64,000 nt of DNA, from assembly GCA_963778155.1 (NCBI GenBank), contig CAVZTK010000021.1, positions 1,366,369 to 1,430,368 of the forward strand, in the 5' to 3' direction. The notes beneath the pieces were generated by a model. The model did not search any database. It saw only the letters and a list, made by a program, of their open reading frames with translations, and had not been told where the DNA came from. This DNA comes from an uncultured Chloroflexia bacterium. GTDB taxonomy: Bacteria; Chloroflexota; Limnocylindria; Limnocylindrales; CSP1-4. Both the position numbers and the translations under genes were made by a program. Position 1 is the stretch's first letter; every line of letters begins with the position of its first letter. Positions 10,456 to 21,619 of the stretch are shown here, one piece after another.

Positions 10456-13400
10456 CCGAGCGCGCCGGCGCGAGCGAACCACGGCTCCTTGCCCTCCGTC
10501 TGCAGGGCTTCAAATCGTTCGCCGAACGGACCAGTGTCGAGTTCGGCCCGGGCATCAGCGCGGTCGTCGGGCCGAACGGGTCGGGCAAGAGCAACCTGGC
10601 GGACGCCCTCCGCTGGGCGCTCGGCGAGCAGGGCCGGGCCCTGCGGTCGCGCAAGTCGGAGGACGTCATCTGGGCAGGCTCGGAGAAGCGGGCCGCCCAA
10701 GGGATGGCCGACGTGACGCTCGTCCTCGACAACGCCGACGGCCTGCTGCCGGTGGACTTCCAGGTCCTCGAGCTCGGGCGGCGGCTGTATCGCTCCGGCG
10801 AGAACGACTACCTTCTCAACAAGAGCCGGATCCGGCTGCGCGACCTCGTCGACCTGCTCGATTCGGCACACCTGGCCGACAACGCGTTCCTGTTCATCGG
10901 CCAGGGGATGGTCGACCAGGCGCTCGCCCTGCGGCCCGAGGAACGGCGCCCGCTGTTCGAGGAGGTCGCCGGCGTCCGCCGCCATGAGCGCCGGCGTCGT
11001 CGCGCCGAGGAGCAGCTGGTCGAGTCCGAATCCAACCTGGCGCGCGTCGAGGACATCCTCGGCGAGCTCCGCCCGCAGGCCCGCCGCCTTGCCGCCCAGG
11101 CCGAACAGCAGGCGACGCGCGAGTCGACCGCGGAGGAGCTGGCCGGCGCCCTGCTCCTCGCCATGCACGCACGCTGGCACGAGACCGCCGCTCGGCTCGC
11201 GGTCGCGGCCGCGACTCGCGCGCGGGCGCGCGGCGCGGTCGATGGTGCGATGAGGGAGCTGTCCGCCGCCGAGGCCACGGTCGCCGGACTGTCCGCCGCG
11301 CGGGGCGAACGAGCCAGGATCGAACGCGAGCGCCGGGAGACGCACGACGCCGCCCGAGCCGCATCGATCTCTGCGCAGATGCGCGACGCGCGACTCACCT
11401 CCGATCTCGAGGCGCTCGAGCGCGACCGGCGGCGGTTGCTGGACGAGCGGGCGGCGGCCGAGGCCGAGCTGACCACGGGGCGGCGTGCGCTCGCAGCGCC
11501 CGTTCCCGCACGCGATCTCGACCTGGAGGCCGCGCTGGGCGAGGCCGATCGGGAGCTCGCCCATGCGCTGGCCGAGCTGGGGGCCCTGCGGAGCGCGAGT
11601 CGAGCGCACGGCGAGGAGCTCGCGGCGTTGCGACGTGCATCCGCCGCCCGCCAGGCCGAGGCCGAGACCGCGCGCCGCCGGCTGGCGGAGGTGGAGCGTC
11701 GGAGCGAGGACGCCGCCGCCGAAACAAGGTCGGCCACGGAGCGCCGGACGACTCTCGAGGCGCAGCTGACCGTGGCACGGACGGCTCTGTCCGACGCGGT
11801 CGAGGCAGAGCGTCTGGCGGCCGCCCGTCGCGAGACGGCTCGTGCGCACGCGGACGCGGCCGACGCCGAGCGCGCCGCCGCGCATGAACGGGCGGTCGCC
11901 GCCAGCGCGGCGGCCGCGGACGTCAGGGTCCGCCTCGATGGGTTGCAGGCTCGCTTGGCCGAAGAGGAAACGCGGGGTATCGCGCGGGCGGCGCGGCGGT
12001 CCGGCGGCCGGCGCGTCGATGAGGACCTGTCGATCGACCCGCCGTTGCGCGCGGCCGCCGAGGCCGCCATGGCCGGCGCGACACGCGCCTACGTCGTCCC
12101 GGCCGACGCCGTCCCCGGTCTGGCCACCGAGCGAGGCTCGCTCGTCGTGGCCGAGCGAGCCGCCGGGCCGGCGGCCGTCGACGACGTCCGCGAACGCCGC
12201 TTCCGCGAGGCGGTCGCCGCGGCCGGTGGCGGGATCCTCGACGCGGCCGTCCGCCGCGACGTGACGGGCGCTGCCCGGCGGATCCTCGCCAAGGCGGCAT
12301 GGCTGCCGGATCTGACGGCCTGTCTCGCTATCCAGGCCGCTGTGCCACCGGGCTGGGTGGCGGTGACACGCGACGGCGGTGCGATCGTGACCGAGCTCGG
12401 CGTCGTGCTGGGTGCACCCGAGTCGGTCCTCGAACGGCGGTCGGAGGCCGAGCGGCTGGCGAGCGAGACCGCGGCGGCGGAGGCGGAGGTCGCCAAGGTT
12501 CGCGGTATCGCCGTGCGGCTGGCTGGCGCCGCAAAGGAGGCTGCCGACGACCTCGAGATCGCGCGGAATGACGAGAGCCGGGCAGCGGGCGTCCGTCGCG
12601 CCGCCGAGGAGGCGGAACGGCTGGCTGCGCGGCAGCATGAGGCCGTCGTTCGCGAGAGTGCCTGGCACGACGCCCAGGCCGAACGCCTCACGGCGGACCT
12701 CGAACGAGCCCGGCTCGCGGCCGCTGCCTCGGACGTGAGCGAGCCGGGGATCGGCGTCCCCGACGTGGCGGCCACACAGGTCGACGGCGAGGCGCTGGCC
12801 GCATGGGAGACCCGCGCGACAGAGCTGCGAGCGCGACGCGACCGGCTGGCCGAGGAGTCGGGGACCCGCGAGGCCACCCGGCGCGACGCGGAGAACCGGC
12901 GGGCACGAGCAGAAGCATCGACGGTGATCGCGGAGGAACGGATGGCTCGCGCCGATCGCGATGCATCCGCCCTCGGCGAGCGCGAGCGCGCCCTCATCGC
13001 CGAGCGTGACGGGCTGCGGGCCGAGATCGCCAGCACGGCCGCCGCCGAGGCCGGGGCGCGCGAGGCCCTGCGCGAGGTGGAGGCGGCCGACGCCGAGGAC
13101 CGCGAACGCCTGACCGCAGTCGAACGCGACACGACCGCCGCCCGCGAGCGGCTTCGGGTCGCCGACACGACATTGCGTGCCGCGGACCACGCCGAGCTCG
13201 AGGCGCGGCTCGGTCTCGAGGCGCTGCACGAGGGGATCGTGGTCGAGCTCGCCGGTCTCGGCGAGCTCGGGGTCGCGGGGCTGGAAGGCGTCGCCGGCGT
13301 GCGGCCGGGGTCGGCCCGCATCGCGGCGGCGCTCGACACGCGGGCCGTCGGGACGCCGGGCGAGATGGCCTCGGCCGACGACGAGGTCGTCTCCGACGAG

Positions 13401-14162
13401 GCCGCCACGCTCGAGGTTGCGCTCGCCCTGGTAACGCCGATCTGGGCTGCTGGACCTCCCGCATCGGCGGCTCCCAGCCCTGCCCGGCTCGGTCAGCTGC
13501 GGCGGCGGTTCCACGAGCTCGGCGCCGTCAACCCGTATGCCGTGGATGAATATGCGGCGCTCAAGGAGCGGCTCGAGACGCTCGAGACCCAGGCGTCCGA
13601 CCTGCGGACCGCCATCGTCAAGACCCGCGACCTGATCGTCGAGCTCGACACGATGATCGCGGACCGCTTCCGGACGACATTCGCCGCCCTCGAGGCGGCA
13701 TTCTCGACCCGTTTCGAGCAGCTGTTCGGGGGCGGCTTCGCCAAGCTGTCGTTGACCGACCCGACGGACCTCGGTGCGACAGGCATCGAGATCGTCGCTC
13801 GACCGCCCGGCAAGAAGCCGCAGGCACTCGCGATGCTGTCGGGCGGGGAGCGGGCCCTGACCGCGGTCGCCCTCCTGTTCGCCATGCTCGAGGTCCGGCC
13901 GGTCCCGTTCTGCGTCCTCGACGAGGTCGACGCCGCGCTCGACGAGGCGAACATCGGGCGCTTCGCCGACGCCCTGCGCGGCCTCGCGCACGGGACCCAG
14001 TTCATCGTCATCACCCACAACCGTGGCACGATCGAAGCGGCCGACGCGCTCTACGGCGTGACCGTCGGCGACGACTCGGTGAGTCGCGTCATCAGTCTCC
14101 GGCTCGACGAGGCCCAGGCTCTCGCCGCACGCGATCGGGACCGAACGGCCCTGGCGGGGTAG
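10452..14162 (+). CDS. smc: Chromosome segregation ATPase SMC
   Basis: GFKSF, GPNGSGKSN Walker A, long coiled coils, LSGGE, LDEVDAALDEAN, ITHN. Confidence 0.96.
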   Translation: MTERAGASEPRLLALRLQGFKSFAERTSVEFGPGISAVVGPNGSGKSNLADALRWALGEQGRALRSRKSEDVIWAGSEKRAAQGMADVTLVLDNADGLLPVDFQVLELGRRLYRSGENDYLLNKSRIRLRDLVDLLDSAHLADNAFLFIGQGMVDQALALRPEERRPLFEEVAGVRRHERRRRRAEEQLVESESNLARVEDILGELRPQARRLAAQAEQQATRESTAEELAGALLLAMHARWHETAARLAVAAATRARARGAVDGAMRELSAAEATVAGLSAARGERARIERERRETHDAARAASISAQMRDARLTSDLEALERDRRRLLDERAAAEAELTTGRRALAAPVPARDLDLEAALGEADRELAHALAELGALRSASRAHGEELAALRRASAARQAEAETARRRLAEVERRSEDAAAETRSATERRTTLEAQLTVARTALSDAVEAERLAAARRETARAHADAADAERAAAHERAVAASAAAADVRVRLDGLQARLAEEETRGIARAARRSGGRRVDEDLSIDPPLRAAAEAAMAGATRAYVVPADAVPGLATERGSLVVAERAAGPAAVDDVRERRFREAVAAAGGGILDAAVRRDVTGAARRILAKAAWLPDLTACLAIQAAVPPGWVAVTRDGGAIVTELGVVLGAPESVLERRSEAERLASETAAAEAEVAKVRGIAVRLAGAAKEAADDLEIARNDESRAAGVRRAAEEAERLAARQHEAVVRESAWHDAQAERLTADLERARLAAAASDVSEPGIGVPDVAATQVDGEALAAWETRATELRARRDRLAEESGTREATRRDAENRRARAEASTVIAEERMARADRDASALGERERALIAERDGLRAEIASTAAAEAGAREALREVEAADAEDRERLTAVERDTTAARERLRVADTTLRAADHAELEARLGLEALHEGIVVELAGLGELGVAGLEGVAGVRPGSARIAAALDTRAVGTPGEMASADDEVVSDEAATLEVALALVTPIWAAGPPASAAPSPARLGQLRRRFHELGAVNPYAVDEYAALKERLETLETQASDLRTAIVKTRDLIVELDTMIADRFRTTFAALEAAFSTRFEQLFGGGFAKLSLTDPTDLGATGIEIVARPPGKKPQALAMLSGGERALTAVALLFAMLEVRPVPFCVLDEVDAALDEANIGRFADALRGLAHGTQFIVITHNRGTIEAADALYGVTVGDDSVSRVISLRLDEAQALAARDRDRTALAG

Positions 14163-14173
14163 GCTTCGAGCCC

Positions 14174-15398
14174 ATGCCCTTCTGGCGTCGCAACCGAGAA
14201 GCCCAAGCGCCCGAACGTGAGGTCGACGAGCCGGTCGATCCCGACTTCGTCGATCCGTCGTGGGAGCCCGATCCCGCCGACTTCGAGGACGCGGCCGGCA
14301 CGATCGACGCCCCTGAGGCGCCGGCCGACCCTGTCGCTGACTCCGCGGTCGATCCGGTCTTCCCGTTCGACACGCCGCCCGCGTCGGTCGTGACCGTCGA
14401 GATCCCAAGGCCCGTGCCACCCCCCGAACGGCCGGTGCCGGCCTGGGCCGAACCGGTGCGCGAGCCCGAGCCGGCCGCCGCACCGTCCGTCGCGTCGCCC
14501 GATGACAACGCTGCCCTCGATGCCGGCCTCGAGCGCACGCGCGGCGGCTTCATGTCGCGGCTGCGCGGCGCGCTCGTTCCGGAGGGCGCCGAGGGACCGT
14601 CATGGGACGACGTCGAGGAGACGCTCATCGCGGGCGACGTCGGCGCCGCGCTGGCCATCGAGCTCGTCGATCGCGCCCGGCGCAGCCGTGCCCCCGGTGG
14701 ACCCGAGGCGGCCATCCGCACCGAGCTGGCGGCGCTCCTCGTCGCCCGCGATCTCGTCTGGGACCCTCGTTCGTCCGTGCCCGGCGGCCCTGCCGTGCGT
14801 CCTGGTCGTCGGGGTCAACGGGACGGGCAAGACCACGACGATCGGCAAGCTCGCCAGCCGGTTCAAGGGCCAGGGCCGGTCGGTCATCCTCGCCGCAGCC
14901 GACACGTTCCGTGCGGCTGCCATCGACCAGCTCCGGATCTGGGCCGATCGAGCCGCTGTGCCGATGATCGCCCACGCCCCGGGCGCGGATCCGGGCGCGG
15001 TGGTCTACGACGCGCTCGACGCGGCGGTGGCCCGTGGCGCGGACCTCGTCATCGCCGACACGGCCGGCCGGCTGCATACCCGCTCGAACCTGATGGACGA
15101 GCTGGCCAAGGTTCGTCGCATCATCGACAAGCGGCTGCCCGGCGCCGAGCCCGAGACGATCTTCGTCCTCGACGCCACGACGGGCCAGAACGGCCTCACC
15201 CAGGCCAAGGCGTTCCATGAGGCCGTCGGGCTGACCGGCATCGTCCTGACCAAGCTCGATTCCACGGCCAAGGGCGGGATCATCTTCGCCATCGAGGATG
15301 CCCTGCACATCCCGGTCCGCTTCGTCGGGGTGGGGGAGAAGGTCGACGACCTCATCCCGTTCGACCCGGACGCATTCGTCGCAGCGCTGTTCGCCTGA
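14174..15398 (+). CDS. ftsY: SRP receptor FtsY with acidic/Pro-rich N-terminus (indel near 14795)
   Basis: [32 protein letters not shown]. Confidence 0.95.
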
Positions 15399-15419
15399 CG
15401 TCGCGGTCCCGCGATCGTC

Positions 15420-15786
15420 TCAGACGCCCGGGGGCTGCTCCATGTGGACACGACCAGGAGCTGCGGGAAGGTCAGGACGTCCAGCGCGAAGGCGACCGGG
15501 ATCGACGCGAGCAGGACCGCGCGCCCGAGGTCCGCCCAGATGAGCACAGGCCGCCGGCGCAGCCGATCGACCCAGGCGCCCGCCACGAGACCGAAGATGA
15601 GCGCCGCGACGAGCTCGGCGCCGCGCAGCAGGGCGACTTCGATGGCCCCCGACCCGAGCACCAGGATGGCCGCGAACGGCGCGCCAAGCGGGTGATCAGC
15701 GAGCCGAAGATCGAGATCGACGCCGCCGTCCAGACCCGGACGAAGGACGGGTTGCGCCAGAGGGCGGAGGCGAACGGGCTGCGCAC
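15420..15786 (-). pseudogene. Internally deleted MFS transporter (about 4 N-terminal TM helices joined to a short tail)
   Basis: LWRNPSFVRVWTAASISIFGSLITRLA and MFS motif A GAWVDRLRRRPVL, breaking off after QLLVVS near 15448. Confidence 0.75.
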
Positions 15787-15916
15787 GGGACGCGGAGCAT
15801 AGTGCCCGTCGGAGGCCTGCGGTACACTCCCGCTGCCCGGTGCGTCAGAACTCGCGCACCACCCGGGTCGGCGTTCGCTGATCCGGTCACCCCCACGACG
15901 GAGTCCCACCCGAACC

Positions 15917-17249
15917 ATGTTCGACAGCCTCAGCGACCGGTTGCGCAAGACGCTCGGCAACCTGACCGGCCGCGGCCGGATCAGCGAAGCCGACGTCGAT
16001 GCCGCCATGCGCGAGGTCCGCCTGGCCCTGCTCGAGGCGGACGTCAACTTCAAGGTCGTCAAGGATTTCGTCGCGCGCGTCCGCGAGAGGGCCATCGGCC
16101 ACGAGGTCCTCGACAGCCTGTCGGCCGGCCAGCAGGTGGTCAAGATCGTCAACGACGAGCTGGTGGCGCTGCTGTCGGCGGGCGACCGCACGTTCCACCT
16201 GTCGGGCAATCCCGCCGTGGTCGCGCATGGTCGGCCTGCAGGGCTCGGGCAAGACGACCTCGAGCGCCAAGCTCGCTCGTCACGTCGTCAAGCTCGGTCG
16301 CCGGCCCCTGCTCGTGGCCGCCGACCCGTATCGCCCGGCGGCCGCCGACCAGCTCGAGACGCTCGGCCGGACGCTCGACATCCCGGTCTACCGCGCGCCC
16401 GTCGGCACGTCGGTCGTGGACATCGTCCGCGGCGGCGTGGCCGCGGCCAAGCGCCAGGTCCGCGACGTGGTCATCCTCGACACGGCCGGCCGCCTGTCGG
16501 TCGACGAGGCCCTGATGGCCGAGATCGCCGCGGTCGACGCCGCCGTCCATCCGATCGAGACGCTCCTGGTCGTCGACGCCATGACCGGCCAGGAGGCGGT
16601 CGCGGTCGCCCAGGCGTTCGTCGCCGCGGTGCCGGTCAGCGGGCTGATCCTGACCAAGATCGACGGCGACGCCCGTGGCGGCGCCGCGCTGTCGATCTCG
16701 GCCGTCACCGGCGTCCCGGTCAAGTTCCTCGGCACCGGCGAGAAGACCGACGCCCTGGAGGTCTTCCACCCCGACCGACTGGCGGGCCGGATCCTCGGCA
16801 TGGGCGACATCATGACGCTCGTCGAGCGCGCCCAGGAGCACGTCGACCAGAAGCAGGCGGCGCAGCTCGAGGAGAAGATGCGCAAGGGCGCCTTCACCCT
16901 CGACGACATGCTCGATTCGATGCAGCAGATGCAGAAGATGGGACCGCTCGGCCAGGTCATGTCGATGATCCCCGGGATGGGCAACCTGGCGGGCGAGGCC
17001 CAGGCCGCGGTCGACCGCGGCGATCTCAAGCGGACCGAGGCGATCATCCGGGCGATGACCCGGTCCGAACGCCGCGATCCGACCGTCCTCAACAGCTCTC
17101 GCCGGCGGCGGATCGCGGCCGGCTCGGGAACGACCCTGCCGGACGTCAACCGGCTCGTGAAGCAATTCCTCGAGATGCAGAAACTGATGAAGCAGCTCTC
17201 CGGTGGCGGCAAGCGCGCGGCCCTCGGTGCGTTGACGGGCCGGCGTTGA
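15917..17249 (+). CDS. ffh: Signal recognition particle protein Ffh (indel near 16225)
   Basis: MFDSLSDRL, GLQGSGKTT, DTAGR, DGDARGGAALS, Met-rich M domain. Confidence 0.96.
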
Positions 17250-17268
17250 GCCGGCAGAGGGGACCACG

Positions 17269-19223
17269 ATGACCGACGACCTCGAACCCACCAAGGACGC
17301 GACCCCGACCCCGACCGACGCGACGGCACGGGTCGAGACGCCGGCTACGCCCACAGCGCCGACGGCACCGCTGACGCCTGCCGGTCGCGAGAACCCCGCG
17401 AACGGCGCGTACGAGCACGAGCCGGCCTGGGCGACGGTCGCGCCGGCGACCCCGGTCGTGGCGACCAGGCCGCCGCGACCGCACCGCAGCCGCTTCCGCT
17501 GGGCGATCAGCATCGCCGTCGTCGCGTTGATCATCGCCACGACGGCCGCGGTCGCGGCGGTCATCACCGGGCCGGTCGACCGACGCGGTGGTCCTCGGCT
17601 ATGTCCCGGACCAGACCGTCTCGTACACCGAGGTTCGCCTCGACCTGCCGGGTGACCAGCGCCGCGCGGTCGGCGAGTTCCTCTCGAAGTTCCCGGGCTT
17701 CGCCGACCAGTCCGCCCTCGAGAGCAAGCTCGACCAGGTCCTCGACGACCTGGTCAAGAAGGCCACTGACGGCGCGCAGACCTACACGACCGATATCAAG
17801 CCGTGGTTCGGCGGCGAGCTCGCGCTCGCGATCGGGCCGCTCCCGCCGGCCGCGTCGCTCAAGGGCGACGACGCCGCGGCGATGGGCTCGTTCCGTGGTC
17901 TGACACTGCTGTCCGTCACGGACCCGGTGGCCGCCCAGGCCTGGTTCGACGCCGCGATCGCCAAGAACGGCGCCACGACGACGAAGCAGTCGTACGACGG
18001 CGCGACGCTGACCCTGTTCGACAAGAGCGGCGGGCTCCAGCCGGCGTTCGCCATCGTCGACGGCAAGGTCGCCGTCGCGGGTGACCTCGTCTCGGTCAAG
18101 GCGGCGATCGACACGCAGGGCAGCGGCGGTTTCGCCAAGGAACCCGGTCCGAAGGCCGCGCTGGACTCGATGTCCGACGACCACGTCGGGTTCTCCTACA
18201 TCGCGCTCCATCCGTTGCTCGACTGGTCGAACGAGCTGGCCAAGTCGCTGGGCACCGCCGGCGGCGTCGATTTCGACCTCGTTGTACGACACCCTCGAGA
18301 AGGCGCTCCCGGACTGGGGCGCCTACTCGCTCCGCTTCCAGAGCGATGCCATCGTCATGGAAGCCACCAGCCCGGTGCCCGAGACGCGCGCCGGCCCGAC
18401 CGAGAACCGTCGCTCGGCGATCGCCGAGCACATCCCCGGGACGGCCCTCGTCGCGGCGATGTCGAACGACCTCGGGACCACCCTCAAGCAGACGCTCGCG
18501 CTGTACCGCGGCGACGCGTCGTTCAAGCCGATCATGGACCAGGTCGACCAGGCGCTCGGCCTGATCGGCGGCGCGGACGCCGCGTTCGGCTGGGCCGGCG
18601 ACAGCGCGGTCGTCGTCACCGCCCCGGACGGGACGCCCGAAGGCGGCGCGGTCATCGTCCCGAATGACAAGGCCGCCGCCCAGCACCTGTTCACCGCGTT
18701 GCGCTCGTTCATCGCCATCGGTGGTGCCCAGCAGGGGATCACCGTCAGCGACGAGGCCTACGACGGGAACACGATCACGGTCATCGACCTCGGCGACCTG
18801 TCCAAGCTCGAGGGGATGGCCGGAGCCGGCGGCGCGACCGGCTCGGCAACCCTGCCGGCATTGCCGACCGGCCACGTCCAGATCGCCTACGCCGTGACCG
18901 ACGACGTCGTCGTGATCGGCTCGGGCTCGGCCTTCGTCAAGGACGTCCTCGACACGACCAAGGACAGCTCGCTCGCCTCGAACGATCGCTATTCGAGCCT
19001 GGCCGACCGGGCCGGCAACGGCACCGGCTCGACGTGGGTCGACATCACCGCGATCCGCGGCCTCATCGAGAAGGCTGCCGCCGGGTCCGGAGCCGACGCG
19101 TCCGCGATCACCAAGTACCAGACCGACATCAAGCCGTTCCTCGCCCCGTTCGACGCGATGTACGCGTCGAGCTCGACCGGGAACGACCTGAACCGATCGG
19201 TCATCTACGTCACCGTCAAGTAG
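17269..19223 (+). CDS. Membrane-anchored DUF3352-like extracellular protein (indels near 17575 and 18275)
   Basis: Pro/Thr-rich N-terminus, single TM helix, [13 protein letters not shown] motif typical of DUF3352. Confidence 0.7.
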
Positions 19224-19270
19224 CGGGCCGCACCCAGCGCGCCCGACCCAGAGGAGGAAGAGCACCACTC

Positions 19271-19525
19271 ATGGCAGTCCGCATCAGGCTGACGCGCGTC
19301 GGCGCGACCAAGCAGCCGACCTATCGAGTCGTCGTCGCCGACGGCCGCAGTGCCCGCGATGGGCGCGCGATCCAGATCATCGGTCACTACAACCCGCGCT
19401 CCGAGCCGGTCGAGTTCGAGGTCGACGCCGAGGCCGCCAAGGCCTGGATCGCCAAGGGTGCCCAGCCGTCCGACACGGTCCTGCGGCTGTTCCGCAACGC
19501 GGGCATCGTGCCCGCAGCCAAGTAG
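19271..19525 (+). CDS. rpsP: 30S ribosomal protein S16
   Basis: [24 protein letters not shown]...GAQPSDTV; SD GAGGAGG. Confidence 0.97.
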   Translation: MAVRIRLTRVGATKQPTYRVVVADGRSARDGRAIQIIGHYNPRSEPVEFEVDAEAAKAWIAKGAQPSDTVLRLFRNAGIVPAAK

Positions 19526-19538
19526 AGGGGTCGCGACC

Positions 19539-19772
19539 ATGGCAGCCAAGGATCTGGTCGAATACGTCGCCAAGTCGCTGGTCGACGACCCGTCCGCGGT
19601 GACCGTCGAGGTCGTCGAGGAAGATGGCGCGACCGTCATCGAGCTCCACGTCGCCGAGGACGACATGGGCAAGGTGATCGGGCGCAACGGCAGCGTCGCC
19701 AAGGCGCTCCGGACCCTGCTCAAGGTGACCGCGGCGCGCGACGGCGAGCCGGTCCAGCTCGAGATCCTCTGA
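19539..19772 (+). CDS. khpA: KH-domain RNA-binding protein KhpA
   Basis: DMGKVIGRNG GxxG loop; rpsP-khpA-rimM synteny. Confidence 0.93.
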   Translation: MAAKDLVEYVAKSLVDDPSAVTVEVVEEDGATVIELHVAEDDMGKVIGRNGSVAKALRTLLKVTAARDGEPVQLEIL

Positions 19773-20404
19773 GCATCGACGAGAGGCTCGTCGTCGCCCT
19801 CGTCCGGGGCGTCCACGGCCTGCACGGAGCGATCCGGGTCGAGGTCCTGACCGATCGACCCGACGATCGCTTCGTGGCCGGCGCAGTCCTCTTCCGCGAG
19901 GGGGAAGACCGGCCGCTGACGATCGCAGCCGCCGAGGCCGTCGCCGACGGACCGGGCTGGCGGATCCGCTTCCGCGAGGTCACCAGCCGGGACGCGGCCG
20001 ACACGCTCCGCGGCGCCTATCTCGAGTCGGTCGTCCGCCCCGAGGAGGATCTCGGCCGGGGCAGCTACTACTGGCACGAGGTCATCGGCACGACCGTCCG
20101 CGGCGTGGACGGCACCGAGCTCGGCACGGTGCGGGACATCTATCGCATCGGCGAGACCGAGGTGTTCGCGGTCGAGGGCGGGCCGTTCGGCAGCTTCGAC
20201 CTGCCGGCGGTGCGGGCGTTCATCCGCATCTTCGCGCCACGCCGGGGCGAGATCGTGGTCGACGCCGAATCGCTCGACCTGCGCGCGCCGCGCTCACGAA
20301 CGCCCGACCCGGATCGTCCGAAGGCGCCCCGCCGCCGGACCCGACGGAAGGCAGGGACGCAGCCTGCCTCCGATCCGCCTCCGACGCCCGAGGCCCCCGC
20401 GTGA
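19769..20404 (+). CDS. rimM: Ribosome maturation factor RimM (apparent CTG start overlapping the khpA stop)
   Basis: VRGVHGLHGAIRV, YYWHEVIG; homology extends upstream of the ORF-track start to CTG 19769. Confidence 0.9.
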   Translation: MSIDERLVVALVRGVHGLHGAIRVEVLTDRPDDRFVAGAVLFREGEDRPLTIAAAEAVADGPGWRIRFREVTSRDAADTLRGAYLESVVRPEEDLGRGSYYWHEVIGTTVRGVDGTELGTVRDIYRIGETEVFAVEGGPFGSFDLPAVRAFIRIFAPRRGEIVVDAESLDLRAPRSRTPDPDRPKAPRRRTRRKAGTQPASDPPPTPEAPA

Positions 20405-21076
20405 CCCTCGACATCGACATCCTGACCCTCTTCCCGCGCGATGGTCGCCGGACCGCTCCAGGAGAGCATCCCGGGACGGATCCAGGAGCGCGGGCTCGCG
20501 TCCATCCGCGTCCACGACCTGCGCGACTGGGGGCTCGGTCGCCACCGCTCGGTCGACGACGCGCCGTACGGCGGGGGAGCGGGGATGATCCTGCGACCCG
20601 AGCCGGCCGCGGCCGCCATCGACGCCCTGCGGCGCCCCGACTCGACGGTCATCCTGCTCGAACCGGTCGGCGAGGTCTTCCGCCAGGCGCGGGCAGCCGA
20701 CCTCGCCACGCGATCGCATCTCATCTTCCTGTGCCCTCGCTACGAGGGCGTCGACGAGCGGATCCGGTCGCTGGTCGACCTCGAGCTGTCGATCGGCGAT
20801 TACGTCCTCACCGGCGGCGAGCTGCCGGCGCTGGTCGTCATCGATGCCGTCATCCGCCTGCTGCCGGGCGCCATCGAGGAGGCGTCGATCGCCGACGAAT
20901 CCTTCTCGGCCGGTCTGCTCGAGTACCCGCAGTACACGCGGCCCGCGGTCTTCCGCGGCATGGACGTGCCGGCGATCCTGACGTCGGGCGACCACGGCGC
21001 CGTCGAGCGCTGGCGGCGTGAGCAGGCCATCGAGCGCACACGGACGCGCCGGCCGGACCTCGTCGCCGATGACTGA
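20401..21076 (+). CDS. trmD: tRNA (m1G37) methyltransferase TrmD (indel near 20435)
   Basis: [46 protein letters not shown]. Confidence 0.96.
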
Positions 21077-21091
21077 CCTCGCCCGAGCCCG

Positions 21092-21100
21092 TGCTATACT
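21092..21100 (+). promoter_or_regulatory. Extended -10 promoter (TGCTATACT) for rplS
   Basis: TGnTATACT about 80 nt upstream of rplS. Confidence 0.6.
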
Positions 21101-21178
21101 CCGCCGCCGACGCCCGTCCGCGTCCCACCCGAACGCCCTCCGCAGCCTCGGCTGCCCAGAACAGTCAGGAACCGAACC

Positions 21179-21529
21179 GTGACCGTGCTCGACGAGATCG
21201 TCCAGGACCAGCTTCGCACCGACCTCCCCGAACTCGCCACGGGTGACACCGTGAAGGTGTCGGCCAAGGTCGTCGAGGGCAACCGCGAGCGCATCCAGGT
21301 GTTCGAAGGGACCATCATGCGGCTGCGCGGTGGCGGCATCACCCGCTCGATCACCGTCCGGCGGATCGCCTCGGGCGTGGGTGTCGAGCGCACGTTCAAG
21401 GTCAACAGCCCGCGCATCGAGAAGATCGAGGTCGTGCGCCACGGGGTCGCCCGCCGCGCCCAGCTGTACTTCCTGCGCGACCGCGTCGGCAAGGCGGCCA
21501 CTCTCCGCGAGCGGCGCACGAACGGCTGA
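21179..21529 (+). CDS. rplS: 50S ribosomal protein L19
   Basis: [32 protein letters not shown]. Confidence 0.97.
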   Translation: MTVLDEIVQDQLRTDLPELATGDTVKVSAKVVEGNRERIQVFEGTIMRLRGGGITRSITVRRIASGVGVERTFKVNSPRIEKIEVVRHGVARRAQLYFLRDRVGKAATLRERRTNG

Positions 21530-21569
21530 TCCGGGCGCGACGCGCGCCTCGACGACGCTTCGACTGACC

Positions 21570-21602
21570 CGACCCCGCCCGACCGGCGGGGTCGTTCGAT
21601 TC
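21570..21602 (+). terminator. Putative intrinsic terminator after rplS
   Basis: 10-bp stem CGACCCCGCC/GGCGGGGTCG followed by a weak U-tract (TTCGATT). Confidence 0.55.
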
Positions 21603-21619
21603 CGGTAGGCTACGGGTCG

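Noticed and set aside
10095-14483. Very long antisense ORFs (1462 aa opposite smc, 903 aa opposite pnp, 821 aa opposite nusA/infB)
   Set aside because: Shadow ORFs caused by GC-rich codon bias; no protein motifs.
21585-21612. GTTCGATTCC resembling a tRNA T-loop
   Set aside because: No cloverleaf can be built; it is the 3' side of the rplS terminator hairpin.
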